Source: Vicugna vicugna
Lineage: Eukaryota
Assembly (NCBI GenBank): GCA_013265495.1
Contig: MU058418.1
Span: 2,937,491-3,001,490 of the forward strand
DNA length: 64,000 nt
Reading direction: 5' to 3'
Shown here: one piece after another, positions 1 through 15,010 of the stretch
How positions within the stretch are numbered: the stretch's first letter is position 1
How the letters are laid out: each line of letters starts with the position of its first letter
Position numbers and translations under genes: made by a program
Notes under the pieces: model-generated
Database searches by the model: none
What the model was told of the DNA's origin: nothing
Seen by the model: the letters and a program-made list of their open reading frames with translations, nothing else

Positions 1-1313
1 TGCCATAAGAAATCGGTAGGGTGTTGCTATGGGAACAATATCTTAATATCATTTTTAAAACACCAGTAGCTTCAAAGAACAATGAGGTAGAGAAAAGAGA
101 GGGGAAGGAAAGATAATCCTAGTATTTCACAGTACAACCATTATAACCATGCTGCAACAAAGCAGCATACACTATTTTTATTCTGTACTTGAGTGGGAAA
201 GTATTAGGAGACACTCTAGGAGATAATAGGAGAGTATTAGCAAAAGCAAACTAATAGCAACTGTTTGAGGAAGAATAAACAGATATAATGAGGTCCTTCT
301 CCCAAGAGTTAAAGAAAGGAAAGGATTCCCATGTGAGGTAAAAATACTAAAGGACCATCCCCAATCATAATCCTGGAAAACCCTCAGAATCAAAGTATAA
401 GTGTTCTTTCAACTCAAGCCTGGAGAAAATGGGGCAGGAGGAATCAACGAAGTAAGAATTGATAAGATGTAAGGCCTGAAAATGTTCCATACCTAAGTAT
501 AGATACCTAAGTTGTTTTTTCCCCTTAAATCTTAATTGGGTAATATGGGAAAATATGTTAAACTAGTGACTTAAGTTTATCTGTAGTAATAAACAACTAT
601 ATTTTTGTTTACAGCAAATACACCATATTTGAGTGGGAAAAGAAGAGCACTAAATACTTCCAAAATGAACCATGCCTGCAGAGAATTAGAGTCTTTAGAC
701 CCCAGTCAGACAGACTTAGGAGAAAAAAAGTCCACTGATTATGGTCCTTTTGCTATAAAGGATAATAAAGAATAAGAATATTTACCTCTAAGTTCTGAAG
801 AGTGACAATGGAATATATGGAATGGTTACCAACAATAATAATTTGCACTTGCATAGTTTCATAAAGTCTACAAGGTACTCTCATAAAAGTTAAATTGGAT
901 AATTTTTTTCCCTTAAAATATCAAGCTAGAAAAGATAACCATTATTAAGTGGTACATGTAAACAGTACTAAAAACCATATTATAAGTCAATAATACAATA
1001 TGGAGTTTAAATAATATGAACTGTTCCATAAGTAGGAAAGGCAAAACCTTATACATAAGATAGAATTATGTTATTTAAGAAAATCTCTCATGAGGGATAT
1101 CAAAATATTTAAAAAGTCACCTTAGGTACAAAAGATTCTCAGGTGAGCTATGAAGACTACTAAATTGTTCTGTAATAGTAACTGACCACTCAGACCCTTG
1201 CCATCCCCTTCTTTCTACTGACTACTTTTTTGTTCCCCAACTTAGTATTACAGTGCTTTCCTCTCCTCTCCCCACTACTCATTCTTCAAAGCCCATCTTA
1301 ACTATTTTCTTTT

Positions 1314-1355
1314 CTTTGAGATAACTTTTCTTCACTTTGAGATAACTTTTCTTCA
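1314..1355. repeat. Perfect 21-bp tandem duplication
   Basis: ctttgagataacttttcttca at 1314-1334 and 1335-1355. Confidence 0.9.
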
Positions 1356-1499
1356 CTTTCAAAACACATCACTAACTGAACTATTCTTTCAAAATGTACT
1401 CGTTCATATCATTGCAGTACTAATCATAGTCAAAAATGTGTCTTAACTCCCAAACCAACATACAAGGTCTAAAAGAAAGAAATGCGTTATGCGTACAAT

Positions 1500-2310
1500 C
1501 TATTACAGTCACCTTCACCATCCAGATCATCTTAGACATCTCCAGGCATCTCAAACTCAATGTTTAAAAAAAAAAAAATCCCTCCCTCCCCTCTCCAACC
1601 TAGCCCTCTTGGATTCCTCTCTCAAAAAGACCGTCATCATCTACTAAATTAGCTGCTTGCGCCAGAGAAATCTAGAAATTCCTGCCCCCAGCTCTCCCTC
1701 ACCGCCCATATCCAATTCATCAGTTAGTATCAGTTTGACTTCAAAAATATCTCTGTTTTTTCCATGTCTTTCTGTCTCCTCTAGGCTGTATTTCTGCAAT
1801 AACTTTCTAACTACCTTCCCTATATCTTCTTCCTCTATCTCTATTCTCGTCTAGTGGAGATGTTCTGACAAGTGGCAATTTTTAAAAAACAAATCTGATC
1901 ATGCCCAAAATGTTTAACATAGACTACACAGCTCCAAGCTGTGATCCTGTTAAAGGATCTTTCTCTCTTGGGCCGCCTTCATCCTCACTCACCATTCCAG
2001 GCACACTGGCATCTGCTGTACCCTCAAATGTGCCATGTCACCTCACGTGTGTAACACAATGTTCCCTCTACTCTGCCTAGACAGTGCTTATTCACCCTTC
2101 AGATCCCTGCACAAGCATGATTTCCTTTGGGAAATCCTTCCTGATGCCCTAACTTCAGCTAATATTCTTATTCTGCCATATGCTATTCTTTCACTGTTAC
2201 CATATTTTGCAAATACCTGTTTCTGTAAACATCTGCTTATTAACTATCATCCCCAACAGACTTACAGTGCCTAGCACATAGAATAGCCAATATATACTTA
2301 CTAAATGAAC
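1500..2310 (+). mobile_element. LINE2 (L2) 3' fragment
   Basis: L2-like motifs (caggcatctcaaactcaatgt, aaatctgatcatg) and an L2-type end acagtgcctagcacatag...taaatgaa. Confidence 0.65.
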
Positions 2311-3769
2311 AACAGTAATAGAATCAAATATTTTAATGGACTCTATATACCAGACACTATGTTAAATTTTCCATTAAAATGTATCTTTAGCACTTAATGC
2401 AATGCCTAGATTATAAAAGGTACTCAAATATTTCATGAAAAATCAACTTATTTGAATAATTATCATATAAATATTATTTCCATAACTTATTCATTAAATA
2501 ATACATGGTTATGGGAATCAGAATGGATCCAAAATTTTGGATAATGAAAACAAGTAGTTCACAACGTTTAATTTTATATTTCAAATAATAATTTGCCCAA
2601 AAAGAAAGTTTAAAATCTTCTAGGACTAGGAAAACTTATCGGCCTTTAATTGTTGTTAATACTGTCAAAATAACAAATTCAAATGAATTGTTGTATTTAC
2701 TCAATAATTTATTAAGAAACTACTTTGTCCCAAGCACTATACTAGACAGTCCAAGGATTCAAGACTGAATATATTAGACACCATCTTTTACCTAAATTTT
2801 ATGAAGGCAGAGTGAATCTGTACTAAAAATACTTTTAAAATGCTAATATATGAACAACAGCAACAAAAAAAAACCCTCACAACAATGGGAATCTCAATTC
2901 CATAAAGCCCACTGGATTGTTAATTTTTGTTTTAGAGAAAAAAAAAAGCATTTCAAATTATTAATTAGTAAGTTAGTTGAGCAATTGTTTATGTAAAAAA
3001 AAAAATCCCTATGCTTCTGGGGAAATTCTGAGTATGAACCTACATACCACACATAACTGAATAGATAGGAAGACAGTCCCAGATAAGAAGAATAACAGAT
3101 AAAACAAGTACAGGCAGTCTTTGTGAAATCACAAACAGCTACAGTCCTAGAAAAGACCTACTTTCAGCAAACGGTAGGAAAAAAGGCGGAAAATACATAA
3201 GACATAGGAAGAAACAAGGAGAGAAATAACAAACAGGATAAGCAATAGGAGAAAAAGAAAGTGAAATGAAAAAATCAAATGATGGGATAAAAATATTACT
3301 AAGCATACTAATAAGCTTCACACTGTTTTGAATTCAAGGTGAGACTCTGGGGAACATTTAGAATTTCTTTTCAGAATCTCCTATTGAATTGTGAAGCCCA
3401 CAAGTCCATCGATTCACATATACCACAGTATAGATTTAGCATAACAGAAAAAAATGGTAAGTCAACACTACCCAAAACCACACACTGAGTATCAACTCAA
3501 TTACCTGTTCCACAATTAGGTATGCACATAATGACCTGATCAACATTTAGACATTATAATAAAAATGTCTGATTCTTACATATTTAAATGTTATTTTATT
3601 AAAATCACTTTCTTCTTAATTTTTTAATAAAGTAAGGGATTATAATGATTTTTTAAAATATGCAAGTTAATAGGCTGTATCATCTATGAATTTCAGTTCA
3701 AGATAGTAAAGGCGACCAGAGACTATTATAAAAGGAAGGACTGGGTCATGTGGGGCTGAGAAGCACTGC

Positions 3770-4100
3770 TACACTATAAGTATCTAGGAGTGAAGTTACT
3801 GGGTAACAAGGTATGTGTATATTAACCTTATTCGATAAACAATTTTTTCCTCAGTGTTGCAATGTAATAATTTACAATTCCACGAACACCATATGCTAGT
3901 TCCAGGATTCTACCATCATTGCAAATACTTGATACTGTTAACAATCTGGAGAGCAAAAAAGTATATCTCATTGTGGTTTTATTTTATTTCTCTGATTATT
4001 AATATAGCTGAGCAGCATCTTTTTTACTTATTGGCCATTAATGTTTCAATTATTTTTTAAGTTCCTGTTTAACTCTTTAGCCTATTTTTCTATCAGATTA
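3770..4100 (-). mobile_element. Old L1M ORF2-end fragment
   Basis: tatctaggagtgaagttactggg...tatctcattgtggttttattttatttctctgatta...ttattggccatt resembles the antisense L1 ORF2 C-terminal region. Confidence 0.6.
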
Positions 4101-4410
4101 AAACTTTAACTAACTTTAAAAATTCTCTCTGAGGAGAAATAAAGTGAACACAATGCCAGCAACATCCAAAGACCAAAACAACAAATAGTTAAGCTTATTA
4201 ATCAGATTATTTTAACACAAGTGGCAAAATTATCAAAAAGGCAGGAAATTCAGAAGGAGGAAAAAAAGCTTCTTTTTAAAAATCAGAACTTACTTATAGA
4301 AAAAAAGGTGACAAAACAGCTTGTATCCAAACTTCAGTTACTACTCTTCATATAAGATTTTCAAATATCTTTTTCTTTTCTGATACTATTTTACTGTCAG
4401 GAATACCTAG

Positions 4411-4756
4411 CATTATATGATATCACTTATATGTGGAATCCAAAAAAAAAAAAAAGACAAATGAACTTATTTACAAAACAGAAACAGACTCACAAACATA
4501 GAAAACAAATTTAGGATTACCGGGGGAAACGGGGTGGGAAGGAATAAATTGAGAGTTAAGATTTGCATATACTACTATATATAAAATAGACACACAACAA
4601 GTTTATACTGCATAGCACAGGGAACTATATTCAGTATCTTATAGTAACCTATAATGGAAAAGAATATATGCATGTATATGTATGACTGAAACATTATGCT
4701 GTACACCAGAAATTGACACATTATAAACTGACTATATTTTAATTAAAAAAAAAAAA
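4411..4756 (+). mobile_element. Young 5'-truncated L1 3' UTR with poly(A) and perfect 10-bp TSD
   Basis: atatcacttatatgtggaatc...aaatgaacttatttacaaaacagaaacagactcac...poly(A). TSD gaatacctag at 4401-4410 and 4757-4766. Confidence 0.9.
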
Positions 4757-6528
4757 GAATACCTAGTGTTATCTTGGACAAACTGTAATCCTTTGGCAGT
4801 CATTCTGTTTTAAACACTAATTTCCTTCAACTATTTGAATACTGTATTATCTAACAACATCACTGAAATCTACAAACTGTATAATTTCCAATTAATTAGA
4901 ACATTCTCCTAAGAAAAATAGCCCTCGTTTGAAATTACTGAGCTGCCGAGTACACTAAGAAGCTTGTTAACCAACATGTATGTTTTATCGGTTTATCTCA
5001 TTCTCATTATATAACTGCCGATTATAATAAAATATAATTATGTGTTTTTGAACTATAATCTTCATCCTTTCAAAATGCAGTCTATTAGCTCCTGCTTGTT
5101 TCTGTTAAAGTTGTACTTCATCTTGACTTTCTACTGTTCTGATTGGTTTTTTTTTAACATTTTTAAATTGAGTTTGTTCTGGTTGGTTTTTGTTTGTTAT
5201 TTAAGCCAAAGATCTATATTAAAACTGAACAGTTTATGTCACCAGGAAAAGTCAAATAAGGCCAAAGTAAGAGAACAGTAATATATATATGAGGCTATGT
5301 CACTATGATAATCCGCTGGTACTTGAAGCAACTGAACTCCTTTGCCCAGCTGTGCTAAATCCTCTGCTATGATGATGTTTTTGTACCAAAATCCTAACTG
5401 AGGGCTTTCCCTGTTTGCGATCCCTATCAGTTTAGATTACTGTGTCCGCTAGCTCTCTCCACTAACTCAAGACAGCTACTGATTGGCCAAGTGACTCCAT
5501 TCCTCATTTTCCAGGTTACTACCTGAAATTCTACCAGCTGCCTTCCAGGTCCCCCAGCCTACTTTAATTCCCTCATTATCTGCTCCCTCCTCTTTTTCTC
5601 CCAGGTAAAGACCTAGCTCCTGATCCTCACTGCTTGCATAATACAATTTCTATTCCCAACTCTGGTTGCCATAAAACCACCTAACCTCTGACACTTTGGC
5701 TCATCTCCCCCAATCTCTAGTCTCTAATACCTTGAACCCCTGGCCAATGACCTGGACCTGAAGAGCCAGTTCCCATTTAGAAAACTATAACAAGGCAAGA
5801 TGGCATGTAGGATTTTAACCCTGAACATGTTTCTCCACAGAAATGTTACCAGTAGTCCTCAAGTACTGGAGTACCATAACTCAGCTACCCACAGGCCAAA
5901 CAGGTTTTGGCTGAGTATCTGTGGACTGATCTGTCTCAGGTGGGTGCACACATGCATCTGCTGCTACAGTATATTTTATACACAATTTAGTGTTCAAAGA
6001 CCATAACAAAGCAGCTGAATTTTTAAAAGATATTTACTGGCCCCCTATTTATTATTATTGATCTAAGCTAAGGCCACCCACAATCTGCTTTTCCATCACA
6101 ATTATAAATTCAACTTAAAAGAAAGGAAGAAAGCTAACTTTCAGTGGGAACTGATTATGAGCCAAAAGGCTTACATACTTTAATCTACCCTTACTACAAT
6201 TCTGTGAGATCAGGTACTATTAATCCAATTTTAGACACAAAGAAACTAAAGTTCACAGAAATCAGATACATTGATAGCTAGTTTATATGACTAATAAATT
6301 TTATTAGGCCAAAAAAGAAAAAAAGGGATTTCACAGACTGAAAAAGATGTTTAATTCTAAATCCAGATAAATCAGAGTAAGTAGTATGAAAGATGAACTA
6401 GAAATAAAAGTGGAAATTAGCCATATTTTAACCCAAGAGCTTAGATGCAGTATATACTACTAACACATATACAAAGGTCAGACTCTGCTCCTACAGGCAA
6501 GCCCTCCCTCCTAAGAACTTATATGATT

Positions 6529-6656
6529 TTTTCTTAATTTGGGGGGAGATAATTATGCTTATTTATTCATTTATTTTAGTGGAGGTACTGGGGATTGAAC
6601 CCAGGACCTTGTGCATGCTAAGCATGTGCTCTACCACTGAGATATGCCCTCCCTCC
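6529..6656 (-). mobile_element. Vic-1-like tRNA-derived SINE
   Basis: Reverse complement has tRNA-like A box (ctcagtggtagagc) and B box (gggttcaatccc) plus an A-rich tail. Near-TSD agaacttatatgatt (6514) / agaacatctatgatt (6657). Confidence 0.85.
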
Positions 6657-9600
6657 AGAACATCTATGATTCTTGAAAATATTTGGAAAGAAGTGCTTTG
6701 TCAAAATATTTCATGAGATTTAGTCAGGGTTATAGGTGAATCTGAGAATGACCTGGAACACAAGCAAATTAAGAGGCTCAGGGATTTTGAGAATCCGGGC
6801 AGTCTGTGGACTACTGTATGGCCTGCTTCCCGGACGATGCCAGCCCTCAAAGCAAACTAGATATTACCTGATTCCCTCTGAAAACAGCTTCATTTCTATA
6901 TCTACCTAGAAAATGGGTCCTGGTACTATCAGCAACTTGCCCAAGATACAGCGGACTAATGAAAAAGTCCAGATACAACCCCAAGTCTATCTGAATCCAA
7001 AGTACATACTCTCTCCCAATTTACAATTTGAAACCTAAGGCATACTTTTTAAAATAAATACTTTGTGTTCCCATTTCAACTTCTTATTTTGAGTCTAGAA
7101 TTATCAAGTTAACATTAAATTCTATAATTTAGTATTTCCTATAATAATACACTTTAAAAATTAAATGCATAGATGCTTAAAAATAATTTACTTTGACCAC
7201 AGTGAAAACAATTTCAACTAAAAATTATACTTATTTTTACTAGAGTTTAAATAGAAAAAACTTATTATCAATAATATTGATAAAAACAACCATTTACTAT
7301 GGATTTATTTTCAGGCTATGAGCAAAGCCCTTTGCATACCATTATCAGATTTATTTTCAGTTCTTTACTCTGTGTTATATCACCAGCATAATTTTTGCTT
7401 TAATAATATTCAAGAGAAAAATAAACAACACTAAAAATAGGGAATTAATAGTCAACTAAATCTAGTCTAATTAGAGCAGGAATATGAAATTGATCATTTT
7501 TATATTTTTAGGAGGACTGAATTAACTTCACTGATTTACTTACTAGGGAGGGATATACTGATACAGCAGAAAGCCAACTCTCCAATGATAACCCAACAAC
7601 TCTTTGCAGAGAGAAAAGTTGCAGCAAGCACCAGTGACTAAAGGCACTAATTCCAGCCAACTAGTCTATTCCCACAGAGCTGGAGAAGAGAGAGAGGTGA
7701 GGGAGTTTTCAGGTACATCTGTGGCTAGTGCTATCTTCCCTTACCATAACACACATACAAATACACACACACAATGAAGTGGTGGCCAAACCTGGTATTG
7801 TCTCTTCATACACACACACACACACAAATAATAATAATGTTTAAGAGACTGATAACCTAACATACATAGTAAGGTAGACAGATACACCACAGGACCCAAG
7901 AATTTCTCAGCTGGCTGACTCCTTTTCCCCACCTCCTTGTTCCTTTTCAGCTTTTAAAAGGATTTATTTTCCATCCTATGATCACTCCTATGTGCTGACC
8001 CTGTATCCATTTCCCACATTCATCCTAAAATAATTCAAAACCGCATCCCTTCCTTATACAAGATTTCATTTTTCATAATGAGTCAGCAAGAATATATTTA
8101 AATGCCAAGGAAACTAAATATATTCTATTCATGAGACAAGTAGTAACAATCACTACCCAATGCAAGGAAAAAAACACAAAGAGAAAAAAAATCTATGCCG
8201 AGTCTTCAATCCCAAAAGTAAGCTTCTGTTTGTTTTTAAGGAGAACACAAGGATCACACCAAAGAACAGATTTTGCTCAAAGGCGATTTCACACATGTTT
8301 AACTTAGTGCAAGTCTCCCAAATCATGCCAAAGTTTTTATGAAAATAATTATTACAGATCATGTTAAAAGTCTACTGAAAGAAGAAAACTTTCTCTACCT
8401 TTAGTAGTTCTCACAGAAATCTTAGTACTATATTTTGATTTTGTCCCTTTGATAGAAAGGGTAAATTACCTGAATCATAGATCTACTTCCACAAAGATAC
8501 ACTTTTATAAAGTTGGACACATATTTAAGTAAAAAATTGCAATCAGTGCAATATAAAAGTAATTGAGATATAATTATATGATCTTAAGGAGAATAAACAG
8601 ATATTTCTGAACTTTCAATTCAGGAAATTTAACAAAATAGTTTTATGGTTGATAAAAATAAATATACTAGTAAGAATTAAAGTCTTGCTCATAGACATTT
8701 TAAAGTTCTCAAGGAACCCACAGCAAACATACATTTCATCATTTCCGTTTCATAAATTTTAAAAAACAAAGGTTTATTTCTTGAAGACAAGGGAAAGTTC
8801 CAAGTATTCCACTGAAGTTTACACAGCAGCCTGCTGTACCACCATGGGGGCAAAAGAAGAAAAAATAGTAGCAAATAGTCTTTTACCTGCCACTCCATCC
8901 TGTCTGCTCTGTGCTATGCAGAAAAACTGCAAGTGACAGTCCATTACAGCTGATCCCACCTGTCACCATGGGAGCATCAGTGCTGGGATGCTGGTGGAGT
9001 GTACACTGGGCAAAACTGAGAGAGGTGACTGAGGAAGTGGCTTCTCAGCAAGGTAAGACAGCACTGAGGAAGACAGCAGTCTCCTCCCTCCTCAACCCAT
9101 GCCCTCTGCCCTCCTTTCCTTGACTAATTTTCCTTTCAGTCTGTCTTCACTTTTTTGGGGGACCATCTCAATTTTCTGAATTGTATTCAGGAGTTATATC
9201 TCACAGTCTTTCTTATATCCCACAGAACCTAGCAGGATGATTATTTTGATAGGTAAAAATTTACCTTTGTGTTACCCCAGATGAAATTATACTTTATAAA
9301 AAATTAATGGATCCCCCCCAACTCTTGTGGGAAAAATCCTCTATTTCTACAAAGAAAAAGGTCTAGAAGACTATACACAAACATCAGTAGTGATTGTTTC
9401 TAAGTGTTAGTGTTAACAGATTCTCTAAAAATCCTTTTTCCACATTATCTGAGAATTTCATAATAAACATATTTGAATTATATAATCAGGAGACAAATTA
9501 ATGGGATCTGAATGAATGGTGTTGACCACATTTCCAACCTGGCAATCTTATGATAACCCAGGCCACAAAGGTAAAGAATTTTACATTAGAACTCCCCCAT

Positions 9601-10589
9601 AATCTCAGACTAAAAATGCTAATATTCACATGTTCCTAGTATGCTCATCACCCAGAATTACTCCCTGTTATGGCATGTTGTAAACTGTAAAGCACTGTAC
9701 AAAGGTATGAGGTACAATTTACCTTTGATCAACAAGATTCAAATGAAATTAAAATGTGAAATGACTTTCTTTGTTAGAGAGACTTGAGGTGGTAATGCAT
9801 TTTAGTTCTTAAACTTCCTCCCATTCTGTACACATTCTTCCAAGTTAATTCCATGGTTAAAATTCTCTGATTTCTCTTCTCAGCATCCAACGCTCCCAGA
9901 AGTCCTGCAGTCATAGTCCCCCCACTTTAGAGTAATGACTGAAATGTTCCCTAACTTTCTCCACATCAAAGGCCTCTTACTGATGTGCACCTGTACGAAC
10001 TAGAAAATGCCAGGAGGTAGAAAATATTATGGGATACAGAAGGGAAAAGGCAAAGAACAAGCTCTAACTGCTTTTTAATATATGGCTTTGTCTACACAGC
10101 CACCAAGCTATCAGTCCCTCCTAACCTCTCTCTCAACCACCTTACGTTCTCTGTCCTTCTACCACATCAATCAGAAAAACTCCAATTCTCCCGTCTTACA
10201 CTAGGCTGCTAATGAAGAAAACAGTACAACCATGCAGACTGGTGCCATGACTGGTCTCCCACTTTAGGTGGACTACAACACTTCCATAACTTTATCTTTG
10301 ATCAGCAAATTTTCACACAGCCTTCATCAATAACTTAAAACACTCACCACTTAACATTCACACACACAAAAACGGGCACACAAGAATGTAACTATCTCAT
10401 CACCTCCCTAGCAAAATGACATGTGTTGACATCATCCTTTCTTCTGTCACTGCAGTTTCAGAGGATGAACTATCTGCTCCATTTCCTATTCAAGGCCAAT
10501 CCCTCCCACTGTGCTTATGATCCCTTGATTCTTACAAATTCCTCTCTTACAGTCCATTGATCCACTAATAACCCCATATACCTTTATTG

Positions 10590-10830
10590 ATCTTCCTCTA
10601 AATTTCTTGAGGTGTAAGTGATTACCACTTATGAGTTTCAATATAGATAAAAATCTATAAAACCATCATGATAATCACAATGAGATGGACTTATATCACC
10701 TCCAAGAGACTCCTCATGTTCCTTTGTAATACATCCCTGTTTCCATAACCATCCTCACACAGTCACTGATCTACTGTCTGCCACTATAGATTAGTTTTTT
10801 TTTCTAGAAAAGAATGTTCTATAAATGGAA
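10590..10830 (-). mobile_element. Old L1M 3' UTR fragment
   Basis: ctcatgttcctttgtaat...cactgatctactgtctgccactatagattagt...tataaatggaat, typical of antisense L1MD/ME 3' ends. Confidence 0.6.
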
Positions 10831-10964
10831 TTGAGTACTAAAGATTGTAAACATGCCCATATGCAAAGCCTTGGCTATGTTCAGGAAATATCTGAAAAGG
10901 CTCTAATCTTCATTCCTCTTAATGCCATATTAACAGGACTTGAAGGCTAAAGCAGAGTTTCAAA

Positions 10965-11845
10965 TTAAACAAGTGAGATACCACTACACACCAATTAGAA
11001 TGGCTACATCCAGAATAGTGACAATAACAAATGCTGACGAGGATATGGAACAACAAGTACTCTCATCCATTGGTGGTGAGAATGCAAAATAGTACAGCCA
11101 CTTTGGAAGACAGTTTGGCAGTTTCTCACAAAACTAACATACTCTTACCATATAATCCAGCAATTGTGCTCCTTGATATTTGCCCAAAGGAACTGAAAAG
11201 TTATGTCCACACAAAAGCCTACATACAATGTTTACAGCAGCTCTACTCATAATTGCCAAAACTTGGAAGCAACCAAGATGTACTTTAGGGAAAACATATA
11301 AACAAACTGTAGTACATCCAGACAACAGAATACTATTCAGGGCTAAAAAGAAATGCGCTATCAAGCCATGAAAGATATGGGGGAATCTTAAATGAATTAC
11401 TTAAATTACTAAGTGACAGAAGCCAATCTGAAAATGCTACATACTGTATGATTCCAACTATATGACTGGGAAAGGCAACACTATGTAAATAGTAAAGAGA
11501 TCTGTGATTATCAGGGAGTGGGGCAGGGGGAGTTAAGATGAATAGATGGGGCACAGAGGATTTTTAGGGGAGTGGAACTACTCTGTATGATACCATAATG
11601 GTGGATATATGTCATTATACATTTGTCCAAACCCATAAAATATACAACACAAAGAGTGAACCCTAATGTAAACTATGGACTTTGGGTGTCAACAACAATT
11701 GTAACAAATGTACCACTTTGGTGGAGGATGCTGATAATGGGTTAGGCTATGCATGTGCTGGGGTAGGGAATAATGGGAAATCTCTAGAACTTTCACTCAA
11801 TTTTGCTGTAAACTTGAAACTGCTCTAAAAAGTAAAGTCTGTTTC
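10965..11845 (+). mobile_element. L1MC-type ORF2 end and 3' UTR
   Basis: gagataccactacacaccaattagaatggct; ORF remnant HTMFTAALLIIAKTWKQPRC; ends aaactgctctaaaaagtaaagtct. Confidence 0.85.
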
Positions 11846-11849
11846 AAAA

Positions 11850-12770
11850 AACCACATAGTAATTTTGGAGTTTAAAAGTACAATAACTAAAAATGAGAAT
11901 TTCACTAGAGGGGAGCTTAGCAGCATATCTGAGCTGGCAGAAGAAAGAACCAGCAAACTTGAAGACAGGCAATTGAAAGTATCCTGCCTGAGCAATAAAT
12001 AGAAAAAGAAAATTAGGAAAAATTAACAGAACCTTGGTGTCCTGTGAGATACCACCAAGTCTATAAACATACACTTAACAAGAGTCTCAGGAGGACAGGG
12101 AAGAAAGGAGCAGAAGGAATATCTGACGAAATAATGGCTGAAAACTTCCCAAATCTGATGAAAAATGTTAAACGTACATCCAACAAATTCAATGAACTCT
12201 AAGTAGGAGCCACACCTACACACATCACAGTCAAACTTTCAAAACACAAAGACAAAAAAAGAATCTTGAAAGTAGCAAGGAAAGTAACTCCTCATGTTCA
12301 AGAGAATCTCATAGATTAACAGCTGACTTTTCATCAGAAACCATGGAGGCTAGAAGGCAGTGAGATAATATAGTCAAGATGACGAAATAAAAAGACCATT
12401 GTTCAAGAATTCTATATCCAGCAAAACTATCTCACAAAAAACAAAGGAGAAACCAGTGATAAAGGTAAAAAAGAAGAAATTAAGACATTCTCAATACAGA
12501 CACTGAGAAAATTCATTCCTAGAAGACCTGCTCTATTAAAAAAATATGAAAGTGAGACTTTCAGTTAAAATGAAAGGATGATAGAATAACCCATATCTAT
12601 ACAAAAAATAAAGAGCACTGGTAAAGATAAAAGCATGGGTAAATAGAAAAGACAGCATATATGTATTTTTGTTTTTAAACTCTTTTTTCTTCTAGGTGAT
12701 TTAAAAGATAACTGCATAAAGCAATAATTAAAAAACCGTGTTTGTGGCCTTATAATGTCCAAAGATGTAT
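11850..12770 (+). mobile_element. Old L1M ORF1-region fragment
   Basis: gaaataatggctgaaaacttcccaaatctgatg, acagctgacttttcatcagaaaccatggaggctagaaggcagtg and aagaattctatatccagcaaaactatc are L1 ORF1 hallmarks. Confidence 0.8.
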
Positions 12771-12959
12771 GCATTTAGCCAATATGCAATAATACACATG
12801 CTAAACTTCTGTCAAAACCCCACCATGTTAGAGATAAGTCATTCGGGTAATGTTGAAAAACTATTCAATCTAGAAACTGCAGACTTTCTAAAGTTCTATT
12901 AGGCAAACCCTCAATAAAAATATGAAGACTGAATGACTTTAATAAGAGTTAATCTTTTC

Positions 12960-13325
12960 CAGATTCTACATAGCAAAAGAAACAATCAGTAAAATGAAAA
13001 GGCAACCTACAGAATAGAAGATATTTGCAAACCATTTATCTGATAAATAATTAATATCCAAATATATCAGGAACACATGCAACTTGATAGCAAAAATTAT
13101 CATCATCATCCAATTTAAAGATGGGCAGAGGGACCGAATAGGTATTTTTCCAAAGAAGACATACACATGGGCAGCAGGCATATGAAAAGGTGCTCAACAT
13201 CACTAATCGTCAAGAGAATGCAAATCAAAATCACAACATGCAATCTCACACCTGTTAAAATGGCTATCATCATAAAGAGAGGAGATAACAAATGCTGGTG
13301 GGGATGTTGAGAAAAGCGAACCTAT
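12960..13325 (+). mobile_element. L1 ORF2 C-terminal fragment
   Basis: aaaatgaaaaggcaacctacagaat...atatttgcaaacc...tgctcaacatcactaat...atgcaaatcaaaa. Confidence 0.85.
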
Positions 13326-14249
13326 GGATTCCCCAGAAGATAGAGGTCTGTATTTCAAAAAGGACATCTAGAATTGGGTTTTCACTTCCTATTAATCAAT
13401 ACCTTAAATTTCAGCCATTAAACCCAGTTAACTCATGGAAGCTGAATTAATGCTATACTAAATTATAGTTCTCTAAAAGAGCAAAACTGTACACCAATGA
13501 TATTCATGGTGGTTGAAATAATAATGTTTGAGAATTTTAAGGAGTTAAAAATCACTTATCAAAAGTTAAAAGGGTATTACAAACACCAATTTATAATTAA
13601 TGGAGAATGCCAAATTGAAATTTTTAAACAATAAATTTATATTCTTAAAAAAACTTACGATCATATAGAACTTTTTTGTTCTGTTTATTTATAAACTTAT
13701 TCAACAAACATTTCTGGGGCACCTGCTATGTGCCAGGCACCACACTAGGAACTAGGGCTAAAAAGACAAGGTCCCTGGCCCTCAAAGGCTGCACAGTCTA
13801 GTGAGAAGCTCCCATTCTGAGGTCAAAGAATTTATGACTACAATGGACCTTTAGTTCCCTTATTTCACAAGTAAGGAAACTGAGATTTATGGCTAATTTA
13901 GCCACTAAGGCAAACAGACACTCAGGCCTACAGAAATTCTGCTTCATGTGTTCTTTGCACCACTCTTTTTCTTATGATTGAGAGTGATGATGGAGTGCTT
14001 CCATGTGAGTGAAGCAGAAATATGGAATTGTGGGCAATATATGTAATAGTTACCAAATTAGAGACAGAAATACCTAGTGGTAATAGACAATATAAATATT
14101 TAACAATTTAGAGACAGAAATCCATAATGGAGATCTGAAGTTGTGCTAAAGCCCCAATAAGAAACTAAAACACTAAAATAAAAAACTGAGGAACTAAAAT
14201 TCGGTAATATAATATTATGGCCTCTAAGCCATAATTATGATTTTTGTCT

Positions 14250-14385
14250 CTGTTTACTGATCTGTAAAATGAGGATATAAAAAGTATTTATTTCATATGA
14301 TTGCTGTAAAAATTAAATTAATTAATACTTAAAAGCACTTAGTAAGCCTGGTACCCAGTAAATACTCAGTAAATGTTAAGTATTC
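14250..14385 (+). mobile_element. MIR SINE fragment
   Basis: MIR core atctgtaaaatgaggata...taaaagcacttag...cctggtacccagtaaatactcagtaaatgtta. Confidence 0.7.
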
Positions 14386-14869
14386 TTATGGACAATCATT
14401 TCTTAAATGTACAAGTATGTCACATAAAGACAAAAGAAGGAATGACTTTTCTTTAAGGAATTATCCTATAATTATGATGGTCTTATTTTTCTAGCAACTA
14501 GTAAAATGTAACACTAAAACATGTACTTCAGAAAAAATATTTAATACACATAGTATCTAACAATATCACCCCCTTCTCCATAAGGACATATCAGTCCTAA
14601 AATTACAGGAATGATAGACATTAATTAAATTACTGATTGAAATTATTATACTCAGTCATAATTTAAATTAGTTTATCACTTAACTCAGTATTCCTAAGAT
14701 TATAAACCCTAAATATCATTAGAAGAATGTTCATAAATGACTTTCAAGTAGTTAAAAATTTTATGCTGCTCTTCTCACCTTATATAAAATACCCTTAAAC
14801 TAATTAACATCTTCAAATAACCATGCTTTGTATATACCAATGAGATGTTTATATTAATATCAATCATCA

Positions 14870-15010
<141 letters not shown>

